In this document: one piece after another, positions 27,949 to 38,658 of the stretch
How the letters are laid out: the number at the start of each line of letters is the position of its first letter
How positions within the stretch are numbered: position 1 is the first letter of the stretch
Origin: a virus
Lineage: Duplodnaviria; Caudoviricetes
Direction: 5' to 3' (one strand)
DNA length: 50,562 nucleotides
Virus record (IMG/VR): IMGVR_UViG_3300011444_000013
Coordinates: 1-50,562 of that record
Translations under genes and position numbers: made by a program
The notes under the pieces: model-generated
The model's input: only the letters and a program-made list of their open reading frames with translations
Databases searched by the model: none
What the model was told of the DNA's origin: nothing

Positions 27949-28134
27949 CTATTCCCTAACTTCATACCGAAGTGGTAAAATTCGACGCAACCCATCTGCT
28001 GTTATAACACCTGATGACACCAATTCTTGAACTAAGCGCCCCAATGCTTCCGGGCCACTGGTCATAGCTACGTCTGCGATAGCGTCTTTTATTTTCATTC
28101 CAACGTTGGTATCAAGATCAATAATGTCAATCAT
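27949..28134 (-). CDS. Small hypothetical protein
   Basis: ORF within the leftward operon. Confidence 0.5.
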   Translation of the reverse strand: MIDIIDLDTNVGMKIKDAIADVAMTSGPEALGRLVQELVSSGVITADGLRRILPLRYEVRE

Positions 28135-28137
28135 TTT

Positions 28138-29733
28138 TTATACCTGATGAACTGCGCCGTTTTTGTCGTACCAACCTTTAATAGTTATGTGGCCGTTACC
28201 GGATTTTGTCAAGTACACCGCTTCAATATTTTCCGGTAGCACGTCATAGGGCCATTTTGCAGTAACGTACCTTGTAGGTATCTGCCAGCTGGACGTTTTG
28301 AACGGTGGCCGAGTAATGTGCTGCCATGGCTGCGCTTTGAGGATGTCGGTAGTATTAATGAGTTCTTCTAGCGCGCCGCCTTCTGTCAAGTCCTTGCCCG
28401 GTTTTTGCATGCTGGTGTTGTCGTAGGCGCAGTGCGGACAAATCGGGTGCAACCAAGTCGCATAGATATTATTGCATGCATTGCACGTTTTTACACTGGA
28501 CTGCATTAGTCCGCAGTGAGGGCATGTTGCACCGTGGTAGAACTGGTCGAAGCGCTCCAAGCATCCTTTACACTTAGTCGCACTTTTATGAACTGCCTTA
28601 CATTTAGGACAAGTACGACCATGTTTCCACGTTTCCCATTCTTTACCGCAGCCGTCGCAGCGCAGTTCAACACCGGGAGAAGCTGCAATCTGGTCCAACG
28701 CACCATGACGATTGACGTTGCCACCAAAGTCCAGCACGGCGCAATTTTCTGCATGCGGTGTTATTCGCGCGCCGCGTCCTAGCGCTTGGGCGAAGAACAC
28801 TGGCGATTTGGTAGCCCGGCAGAATGCCAGCAAGTCGATATCAACGGCATTGAAACCGGTATCAAACATTGCAACCGATATCAGGATTGGTAATGAACCA
28901 CTTTTAAACATATTTACAAATTTTTCGCGCTTGCCTTTGGGTGATTTGCTGTGCACGGACGCGGCGACAGAACCAAATTGTTTTTCCAATACGTCAGCAT
29001 GTTCGCAGTTACAGGCGAACACCAGCACGCACTTCCTCCCTTGCCGCTGCATCGTTTGAATGATAGCCTTGGAGTGCAACGGCGACAGGGCTATCGCACG
29101 CGAAGCCATTTCGTCCAGATCATAGTCTTCCCCAATAATTTTGATCCCTTCAGTATTGATTTCTTGCGCGGCTTCTGAGTACGCTGGGACAAGCGGTTTG
29201 ACATAGCCGTCCTGTAACGCATCCAAGAACGAATATTTAAAGATAATAGGACCAAATGTTTTCTCCAGGCTGCCGGTACCATCCGCTCGAAACGGCGTGC
29301 CGGTTAGCCCCCGTACCTTTGCATTTGGTATAGCTTCAAAAACTTTTCGATAGCTGGACGTTTTATTAACTGGGGTTCGATGCACTTCATCAACGAGGAT
29401 CAGGTTCACGTCTTGAAATGATTTGGTGCGCCGTACAATCGTCTGCACTGTCCCCACGGTCACCTTGCTAAAGACGTTCTTGCCGATAGATGCTGAACAG
29501 ATGCCGGGATTGATGCCAACTGACCGGCATGCATCTGCGTTCTGGTGTACCAGTTCCTTGTTGTGTGCGAGGATCAGCGTTCGCCCGGTGCTGTTAAAGC
29601 CAGCTAAACAACCAAGCACCAATGACTTGCCACCGGCAACGGCAATTTCGGCAACCGCATACTTGTCAGGATATGCGTGCAAAATGTCTATGCATTTGTT
29701 CTGATGCGGTCGAAGGATGATTTGCTGTTTCAC
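28138..29733 (-). CDS. SF2 DEAH-box helicase (YejH/RadD-like) with C-terminal zinc ribbons
   Basis: LRPHQ, AGGKS, DEVH, GLTGTPFR, TGFN, QALGRGAR, LDFGGN..RHG. Confidence 0.92.
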   Translation of the reverse strand: MKQQIILRPHQNKCIDILHAYPDKYAVAEIAVAGGKSLVLGCLAGFNSTGRTLILAHNKELVHQNADACRSVGINPGICSASIGKNVFSKVTVGTVQTIVRRTKSFQDVNLILVDEVHRTPVNKTSSYRKVFEAIPNAKVRGLTGTPFRADGTGSLEKTFGPIIFKYSFLDALQDGYVKPLVPAYSEAAQEINTEGIKIIGEDYDLDEMASRAIALSPLHSKAIIQTMQRQGRKCVLVFACNCEHADVLEKQFGSVAASVHSKSPKGKREKFVNMFKSGSLPILISVAMFDTGFNAVDIDLLAFCRATKSPVFFAQALGRGARITPHAENCAVLDFGGNVNRHGALDQIAASPGVELRCDGCGKEWETWKHGRTCPKCKAVHKSATKCKGCLERFDQFYHGATCPHCGLMQSSVKTCNACNNIYATWLHPICPHCAYDNTSMQKPGKDLTEGGALEELINTTDILKAQPWQHITRPPFKTSSWQIPTRYVTAKWPYDVLPENIEAVYLTKSGNGHITIKGWYDKNGAVHQV

Positions 29734-31092
29734 TAAATCAAGCCTTTTTCACGGGCCAGCCATTCCGGCATGGTGACAATTTCACCTTTGCCATCTTTAT
29801 AGTATTCTACTAGTGACTTGGGCAACCACACAGGTTTATCTTCACCAACATCAACAAGCCAAGCGGCGGTTGTTTCGTGTTTTAGCGATACTGCGATATC
29901 TATTAATGTTTGTTTTGCCATGTTCTTGCTGTTTCATTTTGGGGTACAAACGTAGTTTCCATCAGTGGTGTCATACCGTTTATGTGATGCTTCAAGTATC
30001 GTTTTCACAGCGTTTTCACAACGTTCTTTTGTAGCAAACTCTCCTACAACTACTGGCCCACCACCGTGGTTCGTTGCGATCCAAACAATCAAGAGGTACG
30101 TTTTCATGTTAAAGTTGCTGCTGCACATAAACCAGCTTCAGTAACTTCCCAGCGCCATTTGCCGCGATCAAATATGATATAGCCTTTCTTCTTCAAACGT
30201 TTTCTTGCGTTATCACCCGCACGGTCACTTGACCCAATATCTTCTCGATTGGCACAACGCAAAAGTAAATCTTTTTCAAGGTTTGTCATATTTGTAATTT
30301 ACGGTATCGTTTTCATTTTGTCAACAGATAGTTTGCCAGTTCTTCCGGCGTCATGATCGGGTCAGTGGTAATAGGATGACCGCTCACCACAATTTTGTAT
30401 AGCGCGCCATTTTGCAACGATATTTCTGCACCTAGATCGGTACCGTCACTGGTAATGGAAAATGTTCCTAGTTGAACACCGTTCTTGAATGCCCGCACGC
30501 GGACGTGGCTGTCCATAAATGCCATGTAGGTATCAATAGAAAGCATGCTTTTTCCGGGCTCAACTTCCCAAGGATACTTCATTTTTTTTGCACCTTAAGA
30601 ACAAGTAACAGCGGTGAACTATGAAGTACCCTATCAATTCCGTTGGTACAGTTCCAAGCTAACCATACATATTCTTTATCAACGTGTTGCACCACACCTT
30701 TAAATGACCCGTTACCTACACGGTCACCAACTTTCAGCTTTCTCATTACTGTTTCTCCCACGGATACTTAAAAAACATGTTTTTTTTTCTTCTGGCGGTT
30801 TTTCCCACGGATACCTAGTTATCGGTTTGTGGGTAGCGCCAAGGTGGCAACGAACGCTGTCCATCGCGACCTTGCCACAGGCGCAAACACCGTCCCACTC
30901 ATTGTTAACTATTCCCATGGGATTTATTTTGCATTTTCTGAAACATACTATCTAAATCCAACAATGCTCTTAATAGCGCTTCTCCTTCTGACCAACTTAA
31001 ACTTATCTTGTGTCTTTCCTTTATGATAAAAATTTCATCATAATCAATTTCAATACGTAAATGGTCGCTAAGTAGTTTTGCCATAAGTGACA
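29733..31092 (-). CDS. Cluster of small leftward hypothetical genes (29733-29921, 29934-30107, 30104-30289, 30313-30582, 30579-30746, 30724-30918, 30905-31093)
   Basis: Contiguous short ORFs with ATGA/TAATG overlaps; the first has a VWLPKS motif common in phages. Confidence 0.55.
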
Positions 31093-31094
31093 TT

Positions 31095-33368
31095 TTATAC
31101 CTCCCATGGGAACTTGAACCCATTGTATGCAAAAGGATTAGGAAACTGTGTCTGGTGCTGCGGGCTGTCCCACGCGCTGCCAATCAGCCAAACGGTATCG
31201 GTATTGTATTCACACAACCCACGAATTTTCAAGCTCTTTAACGCGTCGTTACCGTTAACAAAACTGCCTTCTATTTCCTTAATCGCAACATCGGTCAGGA
31301 CCATGAACTTTGATCCTTCCGGTGCGCCCTTCGGAGCGTACTTCATTTCGATGTCATGGGTGACAGGGGTTAAAAGCATGCTTTTTATTTTGTCTATGAT
31401 GCCGTCGATGCGCTCGCGCAGTGGCAACCCCTGCGCCATGTAGTAACCGCGTGATGGTCTGACGACTTGGTTGCTCTGGATCAACCGGCCTAGATAAGTG
31501 GCGACATTGTTTTCCGGTATGCCGGTTCGCTTCGCAAGGTCACCAGCGGTCAACTGGCACGCAGCTGCCATTAGCGCGTGCAGGACCATGTTGCCCTTTG
31601 AGCCCTCGCCGGGTTGGAGCATTTCACTGGCAGTTATCGCAGGTTTCCACACTGGCGATTTTCCTTCTTTTATCAGTTGAAATTCAAATTCGGTTATGTC
31701 GCGCATCTTGCTGGACGCTGACACAATATCGCCCTCGCGGGCAATGATGATACCACCATCTGCCGCACCTATTACACCAAAGCTACCGTTAATGCTATCG
31801 ATTGCCTCGTCAACCTTGCCTTTTTTAATGTGGTGAACCACCATGCTCAAAACGCTGTGCTCGGCGCAAAGCTTCTGGATAGCGCCGACAAGCTTGTAAT
31901 CGGTTTGATAAGCGTTATCGCTCCGAAGTTCAACGCCGCGAATGCGTTGCAGCACGTCAATTATTATTAATTTGATGTGCGGAAATAGTTTTAGGTGTTC
32001 CCTGATATCGTCCAGTAGCGTCCCAGTACCATCGGCATTGACATAGAAAGGTCCATCAACCGAATACCGAAAGCGGATATTGTTGCTGCATGGCAACCCG
32101 TTTGGTCGCATGATTTGCAAACGTTCCTTTGCCCTGCGTTTGCTGTCCTCTAGCATATACATCAATACTTCGGACTGTTCGCATTGTTCACCCCAAAAAT
32201 GACCGCCCTCGGCGACGCCTAGCGCCAGTTCCAGAACAATCCAGCCTTTGCCTATCTTTGGTTTGCCAGCCAGAATGATGCAGCCGGTATCGGGGAGAAT
32301 TTTATTAACCAAGAATTTAAGAGGTGGAATATTTTCCTTTAATAAATCGGTAGCTGTCTGCCCGGCATACTGCCTGCCTGTTGGCATCAATAAAGCATGC
32401 TTTTTCTTTTCCACATCAATGCGCTGCCCCAGTCCCATTGACATACCAACACCACGGGCAAAGTCGCGTTTGTCACCGCGCCCTAAGTCACCGGGCAGCT
32501 GCGTGAAAACGGTATCGGCAACAGCGCCTATGTCATCCAATAAAGCATGCTTTTTTGCCCGCTCAAATTCCAGCATGACGTTCAATGACCGCGCTGCGTC
32601 CATTACTTCTGGCGCATTATCACTGGCCTTTATCAGTGCGCCATATTTCAAACCCAAATGATAAAAGCGGTCCCCGCGCCCAGTTCCGGTTGGCTTGTTC
32701 AAAGCATCGAAAAGCATGCTTTTTATTTCGGCGTCAAAGCGTTCAAAGTTTTCAGCCGTGAGCCATGCGATATCTTCCGCGCTCAGTGGCTTGGCTTCGA
32801 TCAGGTTCCTAGGCCGGGACACGGAAATGCCAGCCGCAGCCAATGACGTTTCGATGGCTGCCTGCAACGTCAAGGCAGGGACGTTCACGGGCGGCGCAGT
32901 GATAATGTCTGGACCTTCATGCCAGTACACCAAGGGATCGTCTGGACGGGGTTCCGCGTTGATGTATGCGCCTTGCCAAACCGCTTGTTTGCCCGCGCCT
33001 AGTAGCTGCACTGGTCCAAACCGCTCCCGCTTGATAATGCCGGGATCGGTAAATAGGAGGGTTGCCGGGCGTCGTCCCCAACGCCAGCTAGGAACGGGCA
33101 GAAATGCCCGGTGGAAGGCGTTGCGCTGATCGGGGCTATCTAGGTCCATATCCAAGATACGCGCATCACGCCAGCCTAGGACGGGATGCAGGACAAGACC
33201 GCACTGGATGCCGACACCGGTACAGTCCGGCCGGTTGATGTAGGCTAGTCGGGTTTCAATGGCTTGCATGTTCCAGCCAATACCACCTATGGGGATTTTG
33301 CCAGCAACCGGAACCGGCAACAGACCATGGGTAGTATACAGGCCCTTTGCCAGCGCCAGCATGTTCAA
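31095..33368 (-). CDS. Primase-polymerase / AAA_25 (RepA-like) helicase fusion with C-terminal HTH
   Basis: N-terminal GVGI...LDMD; Walker A GKPKIGKG, LED, Walker B IIID, VHH..K, GS...GAAD; then a winged HTH. Confidence 0.85.
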   Translation of the reverse strand: MNMLALAKGLYTTHGLLPVPVAGKIPIGGIGWNMQAIETRLAYINRPDCTGVGIQCGLVLHPVLGWRDARILDMDLDSPDQRNAFHRAFLPVPSWRWGRRPATLLFTDPGIIKRERFGPVQLLGAGKQAVWQGAYINAEPRPDDPLVYWHEGPDIITAPPVNVPALTLQAAIETSLAAAGISVSRPRNLIEAKPLSAEDIAWLTAENFERFDAEIKSMLFDALNKPTGTGRGDRFYHLGLKYGALIKASDNAPEVMDAARSLNVMLEFERAKKHALLDDIGAVADTVFTQLPGDLGRGDKRDFARGVGMSMGLGQRIDVEKKKHALLMPTGRQYAGQTATDLLKENIPPLKFLVNKILPDTGCIILAGKPKIGKGWIVLELALGVAEGGHFWGEQCEQSEVLMYMLEDSKRRAKERLQIMRPNGLPCSNNIRFRYSVDGPFYVNADGTGTLLDDIREHLKLFPHIKLIIIDVLQRIRGVELRSDNAYQTDYKLVGAIQKLCAEHSVLSMVVHHIKKGKVDEAIDSINGSFGVIGAADGGIIIAREGDIVSASSKMRDITEFEFQLIKEGKSPVWKPAITASEMLQPGEGSKGNMVLHALMAAACQLTAGDLAKRTGIPENNVATYLGRLIQSNQVVRPSRGYYMAQGLPLRERIDGIIDKIKSMLLTPVTHDIEMKYAPKGAPEGSKFMVLTDVAIKEIEGSFVNGNDALKSLKIRGLCEYNTDTVWLIGSAWDSPQHQTQFPNPFAYNGFKFPWEV

Positions 33369-33561
33369 TGAAATGCCCTCAAATCAGGCTGATGATATCG
33401 AACCGTATTTTTAGAAATAGCAATAGAGACAAAAAACCTAGTCGCGACTAACATCGTAAATCATTAAACCAATTACGAACGCAGCAACTATAAAAACCCA
33501 TTTTACTGCGAATGCTAATTCTGCCATTGCTGTCGCGTCTATAGGTTGATAAGTAAACATT

Positions 33562-34149
33562 TTATGCTCCTAACATGTTTTGTTCACAGTCACCACAAAC
33601 CAATGCAGCTGTTTCCTTCGCCCATGCGTTTTGCTCGCAAACGGGACAAACAAATTTGAACTTGGACGTTTTGCTTTTTTCTTTTTTGACGTTTGGCATG
33701 CTACCCAACAAATCAGTTTCATATTTTTTAGAAAAAGCAGCAAAAGCAATATCGAACCGTCCATCTTTGACAATCCTATGCGATACAGAACGCCCGGTTT
33801 CGTTGCCCTCGCCATCATCGGGTTGCAGCCCAATGTCTTTCATCATGCTCGCCCACTGCTTATTGTGATAAGCTCCCTTGGGTGGTTTGCCATGTTCCTG
33901 TTGCAGCTGATGCACCATTTCATGTACCAGCGTCGAAAACGTATCGCGCGGTTTGCGCGTGCGAATGTGATCAGGGTTCAACGCTATTTCGTGCACCTTG
34001 CCAGTGAACTGTTCTGCCCAAAAGTAGCCGTAGGCAGACCGCTTGCGGTGTATCACGATCAGGCAATCACTTAATTTATTATTGAATAGCTCCCGGTTAA
34101 AAAAGTTAAAGGCAGCATTGAGCACGTCATAGTTTTCCATCGGTTTCAT
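33562..34149 (-). CDS. SprT-like zinc metalloprotease
   Basis: FNRELF...EIALNP...STLVHEMVH...YHNKQW and a C-terminal CxxC..CxxC. Confidence 0.88.
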   Translation of the reverse strand: MKPMENYDVLNAAFNFFNRELFNNKLSDCLIVIHRKRSAYGYFWAEQFTGKVHEIALNPDHIRTRKPRDTFSTLVHEMVHQLQQEHGKPPKGAYHNKQWASMMKDIGLQPDDGEGNETGRSVSHRIVKDGRFDIAFAAFSKKYETDLLGSMPNVKKEKSKTSKFKFVCPVCEQNAWAKETAALVCGDCEQNMLGA

Positions 34150-35442
34150 GTTCGCGGTTCCTGTTTGCACGTCCAACACATTTCAAAATCGGACCATTTA
34201 CCGTTTTCAATAACAAACCTGTTATTGGCACGGTCACGGAAATATTCGACATAACCGGTTTCACCGGGATAGCCAAAAGAGCAGGACCATTTTGCATCAG
34301 CTGGCAACATTGCAGTTGCTTCATTGTATGTTTTCATGTCACTTGCTCCTAGTAAACGGTTTGAACAAACAAAACAGTGCAACAACGGTAGGGAACAAAT
34401 TTGAGCATGTCCCCATGGTTTTCCGTTCTGCCGCGCGCGCCGGTCAGGCCAACAGCTGCCTTGGCACGCCGCATGATAGCGGTATCACTAATGCCAACCG
34501 GCAACGTTAGCGTTACACGATGGACCCAACAGTAATTTGCCTCGCCGCCGAATGTGTCAGTGTATTCTACTTCCATTTGAAATGTTTCTGACATGTCACT
34601 TACTCCCGAGTGCGATATAAGATTGTGCGAGTTGCCAGCATTCAACATCATTTGCGTACCATGCACCGCTTTTAAGACTGTGCAATTCATTAATAGTTCG
34701 ACTTTCCCAAAACTTGCGTTGTTCAGTAGCAAAGTGCTGGTCTAATGAAGCGGTTGACGCATACATATCTTCGAGTTGTGAATTGTTGAGAATGTCTGTC
34801 CAGCGATTTGCCATTTCTGTATCCCTTCGTTTCCAGTACCTATTTATTAAACGGTACCGCAAACCAAGTCAACAGTTAGTTCACGGTACCATGCAAAATA
34901 AGTTAATGGGTTTTCCTTGCTGTTAGCTTCAGCGTCTCTACCAGCGTCACCCGTAGGTAGGGTGCTTTTAATTCGGCGGGCATTGCCTTGGTGTCAACGG
35001 TTTCCCGTTCGGACAGGCTTATGACTGCCTCGTGAAGCGTCCCCACAATGCGTTCCCTGCCTGTGGCTTTGAGGGCGTCCACCAAGGCGCGTTCCCTGAC
35101 TTGCAAGCCAGCAATGGCTGCCTTGACTTCTGCCAGTTCATCGACCGCCACGGCGGGGATGATTACGTGCATGTTCATTTGCTGTTCCCTTCGTTGATAT
35201 CGTTTCGACGCTCAACCCCAGCGTGTACACAACCTAGTGAGGTTGAATAAAACAGGGGGTTACTCCCCCGCCCATTTGACTTGATATTTCTTGGCTCGAT
35301 AGTGATTTTTAAAGTTTACCTTGGCGGCTTCGATGGTTTCGCCTCGTGCGAGACAAGAACCAACCCACCCGTCTGTTGTTTCGTAACGAACCCGATAGGT
35401 GTTTTTGGTTTCGTGCTGAATGCTGGCGGTCATGGTGTGCAT
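34146..35442 (-). CDS. Early small genes (34146-34337, 34349-34594, 34596-34814, 34903-35178, 35260-35442)
   Basis: Each has a strong RBS; 34349-34594 carries the EYTDTFGGEANYCWV motif common in phage early proteins. Confidence 0.65.
34844..34901 (-). promoter_or_regulatory. Early promoter cassette 1
   Basis: TTGACT-17-TAATAA with CGGTACC boxes at 34852 and 34884. Confidence 0.65.
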
Positions 35443-35467
35443 CTGCTTGCTCCGTTTCAGTAACCAT

Positions 35468-35524
35468 ACAATAGCGGTATCGAAAACTACTGCAAGAACT
35501 ATTTTCACGGTACCACAAAAATAA
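35468..35524 (-). promoter_or_regulatory. Early promoter cassette 2
   Basis: TTGCAG-16-TATTGT with CGGTAYC boxes at 35475 and 35508; aligns with cassette 1. Confidence 0.6.
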
Positions 35525-35721
35525 TTTTACGCCCTCGATGCCAACCTCGCATATTAGCACATAAAAAGCGGTATCATATAAATTTATTTTCCGATACCGT
35601 AAAATAAACGCTTGACACGATTGCCGGGCCTAGGAACCCCACAGGTGCGTTTTGCATGTTTTTGGATACTCGGTACCGGAAACTAAAAATAACGCACCAG
35701 TGGGATTTTCGCTATTTGTTC

Positions 35722-35862
35722 CTAGGTGCAATAGACCGCAAATACTACAAATGCGAGCAATCCACCCAAGATCACGATTTGCGCCAGCATCCGGGCTGCG
35801 CGTTCGCCAAAAGCAAAGGCTACTAAACCAAGTAAGCCAGCCATACCTAATAAACCGTGCAT
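35722..35862 (-). CDS. 46-aa two-TM membrane protein, absent from the ORF track
   Basis: GGGAGG RBS; MHGLLGMAGLLGLVAFAFGERAARMLAQIVILGGLLAFVVFAVYCT; paralog at 45623-45865. Confidence 0.75.
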   Translation of the reverse strand: MHGLLGMAGLLGLVAFAFGERAARMLAQIVILGGLLAFVVFAVYCT

Positions 35863-35890
35863 AACACCCTCCCGTTAATTGACCGATAGC

Positions 35891-35920
35891 AGTGTATACA
35901 CTTTTGTAGTTAGCTGTCAA
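35891..35920 (-). promoter_or_regulatory. Strong leftward sigma70 promoter overlapping AGTGTATACACT
   Basis: TTGACA-16-TATACA (or -18-TACACT). Confidence 0.7.
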
Positions 35921-35929
35921 TTAGCGCGT

Positions 35930-36280
35930 ATGGGATTATATTCCAAACCCCACAGAGGTCTGTGGTTTTGCTGTGGGCCGCCATGTTATGTAGTTTTGAG
36001 TATCATTGATATCATTGATAAAATCGCTCTAACCCCACATTAAAAAGGCGTTTCTTCTAGAGGTACCAGTGATTTGTGGGGATGATACCGGAAATTATAA
36101 TGGATAGGAATATAATCTACCACAGTTTTCAAATTAACATGGTATACACTTTTTTGTAGGACGCTTGTAGATTTAAACAAGATACTGAAAAGACCGATGT
36201 AATTGCTATAATTATTTATAAAACCACAACCCCACAAATATAGTCTAAAAGGGCGTTATTGGTGTGGGGACGCCTATTTG
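35930..36280. other. AT-rich non-coding region with CCCCACA repeats; candidate origin or packaging site
   Basis: AACCCCACA at 35946, 36031 and 36228; TGTGGGGA at 36075 and 36263. Confidence 0.45.
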
Positions 36281-36283
36281 CGT

Positions 36284-36715
36284 CTATTTGCAGAGTGTTT
36301 TTATGATGATATTTTGTGATGGGGAAATCGCGGCCAAACCGCTGTAGGCAATTGGTGCTCGGTCTAGTGCTTCCCACAAAAGGCGTTTAGTTGGCCCGTG
36401 AAAGAGCGACTTAATCACTGCATCAGCGCGGCCTGTGGTAATCCTGCTTTTGATTAGCTCAACGGGAGATTTGGCATACTGTATTCCCCACAGGCCATCT
36501 TCGTATTCGAAGCACGCTGCAAACAACAGATCGCACGCGTCGATCACTAGACCGGCCTCATACTCTGGCAGCCGCAGCATGTCAGCCTTAACGGGTTGTA
36601 GGTCCATACCGGGCGGTTTTAGGCTTTTTGCGCCAGCGTCTTTTATTTCTAATAATTCGCTTGCAGCATCGAGGATAATATGCGATACCGGAATGAGAGA
36701 CAACTCGGAAGGCAT
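36284..36715 (-). CDS. Hypothetical protein
   Basis: 143-aa ORF with AGGA RBS and protein-like composition. Confidence 0.55.
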   Translation of the reverse strand: MPSELSLIPVSHIILDAASELLEIKDAGAKSLKPPGMDLQPVKADMLRLPEYEAGLVIDACDLLFAACFEYEDGLWGIQYAKSPVELIKSRITTGRADAVIKSLFHGPTKRLLWEALDRAPIAYSGLAAISPSQNIIIKTLCK

Positions 36716-36719
36716 TGTG

Positions 36720-38515
36720 ATGTTCCTAGCAGTTTACGAAACGCGCAGGATACCATTTAACGATGGTGCGGTCTATGTCACCAGAACGCCTATTGATTAC
36801 CGCGTAACTGGTGAGGACGACGAAGGTGTGTACCATGGTGAGGGCAGCACGCCATTAGAAGCTATTGCTGCGTACCACCAGTGGAGTTTGGAACAGTGAC
36901 ACCTAGGGAACGAACCGTTATCCGCGTTGTGATACGTGCATTGCAAGGCGAAGACACGGCAACTATGGACGCGCTGGGTGTATCTTATTACGGCCTTAAC
37001 TACCACGCCAGCAAACCAACAAAAGACCGTGTTGTAGCATTGCTAACTGCATTGATCCAACGAAACCTAGGGAACGAACAATGATACCACGATGGATTTG
37101 GCGACGTTACCATATCCGCGCGTTGTTGTGGTGGGCACAAGGTTTTATTGCTGGCGTGATATCCGGTTTGGCAGAAAAGAGAAAACGTAGATGATAGCCA
37201 GGGACGCATGGCGGCAGCATGTAGCGGACGCGCTGATCGATTGGCATATGTTCGCCATCCCGCCGCGTTCAAGCGGTATCGAGTTGGCGTTGACACGGGA
37301 CGCGCTTAAAGAGATCATTCGGTTGCGGCTGTGGATTGCCTACATGCCGTTGCTGCAAGGTCTAGAGCGAATTGAAAAGAGAGTAGGTGTATTATGCGAA
37401 TTGCGAGCAGACCACTACGCACCGCCGCCCCTAAAGGGAACGGAAACGAAGACGGAATTGCGCTAACGTCGATGGTGCATCCTAGGCCGGTTTGGTACGC
37501 GCGGCCTTATTGGTGGTCAACATGGCGGTGAAACGGCGCGAAGACGACCCGCGACACAATAGGCATCCTAAAATACGAGCGTTGTTGCGTCGTCAACTGC
37601 ATGCGTTGTATTCCAATAACACGGCGCAAGTTGAAGTGTTACGTGATAAGTTAAGAGAGCAGCGCAAAAAACTGGACGCAAAATAATGTATAAGATATTT
37701 GCAGCGGTCGCAGTGCTGACGCTGGCGCTATCGTTCCAGCGCAATGAGCCTGCGGGGTTCGTTCCCGACTTTGAGCAGGCCCATAGGACGTTTGGCTGCC
37801 TTGGTACCATGTGTGCCCCACGCAATGGCGTGCGCTTCGTCACAGCTGCGCACGGCACGCGAACGTGGCCCGGCAACGCTGCAACATGGACACTGGAACA
37901 ATGACAATAAAACTGGTTACCCGCGCTGAAACCATTTCGCAGGAAACTGTTGAAATTTTGAAAGATTATCTTGCCTGCGCCGAGCGTGGTGAGTTGACCG
38001 CAGTTGCTATTTGCGCGCTGCGGGTTGATAACAGCGCTGTGCATCAGGCGTCGACAACGGATAACCAAGTAGCATTGCTAGGTGCGGTCACCCGGTTGTT
38101 GCATCGTATGCAGCTGAATGCGGATATAACCACTTGCTAAAAAGAATGATGGGCGTAGCATCCCCACCAATGGTTACATTGACAACTAGATGGCAGACGA
38201 TACCACATGCAACTACGGAACTTGAACTAATGGTGGCAACCGGCCGCGTATGGCGGTCATTCGAGGTAGTCGGCAATGCTGTTTTGGCTCGGTATTGTCT
38301 GGCGCACAATGTTTCAGAGGTCACCATTGAAAACGACCACGCAAGACAAGACGCCCGTCTTAATCGAGCAGCGTTGCGATAAGGGCCACCTGTTCGTTTA
38401 CGTGGTACCGCGCTATGTGGCGCTAACCATGAAAGTGCAGCTACCTGCAATCAAGATAGTGCAGATTGATAAAGAGCTAGTTGAAGAGGCGCAACTGATA
38501 GCAAACGAGGTGTAA
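36720..38515 (+). CDS. Rightward cluster of small hypothetical genes (36720-36899, 36896-37084, 37191-37466, 37492-37686, 37686-37904, 37901-38140, 38134-38382 and others)
   Basis: Chain of short coupled ORFs; starts uncertain. Confidence 0.5.
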
Positions 38516-38517
38516 AC

Positions 38518-38658
38518 ATGCCGTTGAAAAAAGGTTCTAGTAGGAAAACAGTATTGCAAAATATCCGTACCGAAATAAAAAGCGGGTATCCACAAAAACA
38601 GGCTGTTGCGATTGCTTTAAGCAAAGCCGGGAAGTCCAGAAAGAAAAAGCGCAAATGA
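38518..38658 (+). CDS. Small basic protein ([11 protein letters not shown]...[11 protein letters not shown]), absent from the ORF track
   Basis: GAGGTG RBS; widespread phage motif NI..E...G.P.KQAVAIA; ATGA overlap with gcrA. Confidence 0.8.
   Translation: MPLKKGSSRKTVLQNIRTEIKSGYPQKQAVAIALSKAGKSRKKKRK

Noticed and set aside
35630-35920. 96-aa track ORF
   Set aside because: It starts at the TTG of the -35 box. The 46-aa ORF in another frame has the RBS and a paralog.
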